This document shows, in pieces, positions 62,801 to 64,000 of a stretch of DNA of 64,000 nt. Origin of the DNA: Marsupella aquatica (lineage: Eukaryota; Plantae; Marchantiophyta); assembly GCA_973895155.1 (NCBI GenBank), contig OZ316891.1:19183048-19247047 (forward strand), written 5' to 3'. Both the position numbers and the translations under genes were made by a program. Below the pieces are notes generated by a model. The model made no database searches and was not told where the DNA came from. It saw only the letters and a program-made list of their open reading frames with translations. The number at the start of each line of letters is the position of its first letter. The stretch's first letter is position 1.

Positions 62801-64000
62801 CGCCTCCTTTTGCTCATCTTTCATTGCTGACGCTCTCCAGGCTGCCTTTGCCCCTACTCCTATGCTCCCTAAGTTAGCAGACTCTCAGGCAGCATTTGGG
62901 TTGTTGTTGAGATGCATCCACCCTCGTGCGTCCTATTTGGCTCGGACACATCCCCCTACCGAGGATCTTTATCTACACCTCCGAGCGTTTGATGTCTCCA
63001 TTCGTGAGACTTTGGCCTCTCTTTTAGGGCCAGGTACTTTACTCTCATCTCCGTGGCTTCATCGACAGCTCAGTCTTCCTATTTCTCACGGTGGTTTTGG
63101 GCTTACTTCCACTGAGCGCCTTGCACCTTTGGCCTTCTTGGGCGCGTGGGCGGCCGCCTTCTCATTGTTGGCTGATCGTTTCCTTACTGAGGATCGAACT
63201 TTTTTACTTTCATCCCTCATGGAGGTCGAGGAGGGTTCCCTCCCATTTCAGGTTCATTTGCGCACGGCGCGGTCATCATTACCCGATCTTGTTCGAGCTG
63301 CGTTACCTTCATTCCAGGAGTTTTTATCCTTGGACCCCGTCCGTCTTCAGGCAGACCTTGCTGGGCGTATGCACGCTTTCACCCTTTCCAGCATCCTCAC
63401 CGAGGCACCTGACACGGACCGAGCTCGGATTCTTTCTTCCGGGGGGAAAGGGGCAGGAGGCTGGCTTCAGGCCAATCCAGTCATTCCTCACCTACGGATG
63501 TCTTCAGCGGAGTTTGCGACAGCCATGCGTCTTCGTATGGGCTTGCCCCACCCACTTCTTGCTGGTTTACCTCCTACTTGCAGTTGTGGGAAGCCTTGTG
63601 ATGCCACAGGTGTCCATCTTCTTCGATGCAGTTTGGGCGGCGAAACCATTTTTGTTCACGACGCTGTGAGAGATGCGACTGCTCAGGTTCTCTCTGGCTC
63701 TTTGGTCTGCGCGCGGCGGAAGGTGGTGCTCGAGTTACCTGGTCCTCCATCACAGCGGTTACGGGTGGATCTTACCATGGTCCGTGACGGTCACCGTACT
63801 TTGGCAGATGTAGTGGTGGCAAACCCATTGCGCCAAGACATCATTGGGACAGCGGCAACAACGGCAGGGGCAGCAGCATCACGAGCAGCAACAACGAAGG
63901 AGGCCAAATATGCTGCACGAGCTTCATCTGATAGCTTCTTGTCCCTTGCTCTTGAGATATTTGGGCGTCTCCATCATCAGTTCGACGGGCTTCTTCGCCA
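59880..64000 (+). mobile_element. CRE-clade non-LTR retrotransposon (RT plus restriction-like endonuclease), 3' end beyond the window
   Basis: Long pyrimidine-rich leader (5' boundary approximate), then ORF with Zn-finger-like CPECG..HH...C, RT motifs RPIAIGE, QFAVGVPGGCE, QVDVSNAFNTVSR, RQGDPLGG, SDDTHIIG and LGSPVG, a CSC...HLLRC knuckle, and RLE motifs VHDAVRD, RVDL, LADVVVANP, KEAKY, LEIFGRL. Confidence 0.88.
60838..64000 (+). CDS. CRE-type polyprotein (Pro-rich/Zn finger - RT - CCHC - RLE); single frameshift near 61770, partial at window end
   Basis: Frame 1 is open 60838-61788. The -1 frame from CCT at 61770 is open without a stop to 64000 by manual translation. It is absent from the ORF track, presumably because it has no stop inside the window. 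Confidence 0.85.

Overview
Eukaryotic plant nuclear DNA with GT-AG introns and abundant repeats. Gene and TE content suggest a non-seed land plant such as a bryophyte (inference). Recognisable genes, all on +: an NRT2 high-affinity nitrate transporter with a 1-bp frameshift (17040-18902), a 9-exon NOP9/APUM23 pumilio-repeat gene (24515-29449), a 7-exon MnmA/TRMU tRNA 2-thiouridylase (31434-34766), a truncated F-box/kelch gene with a triplicated 3' end, a calmodulin-like EF-hand remnant, and an intronless 588-aa DUF1647-like membrane-anchored protein (55276-57042). Mobile DNA includes a full-length but stop-riddled Tork/Tnt1-like Ty1/copia element (44055-50104, TSD GGACG). It is nested in the 5' LTR of an older non-coding LTR element with 142-bp LTRs and a half-tRNA-Ile PBS (43990-53541, TSD GTGTA). 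A near-intact CRE-clade non-LTR retrotransposon (RT plus restriction-like endonuclease) runs off the right end, preceded by three ~184-bp degenerate repeats. The first ~15 kb holds only decayed or unassignable coding remnants. No rRNA, tRNA or CRISPR array was recognised. All calls come from manual reading, with no database searches.
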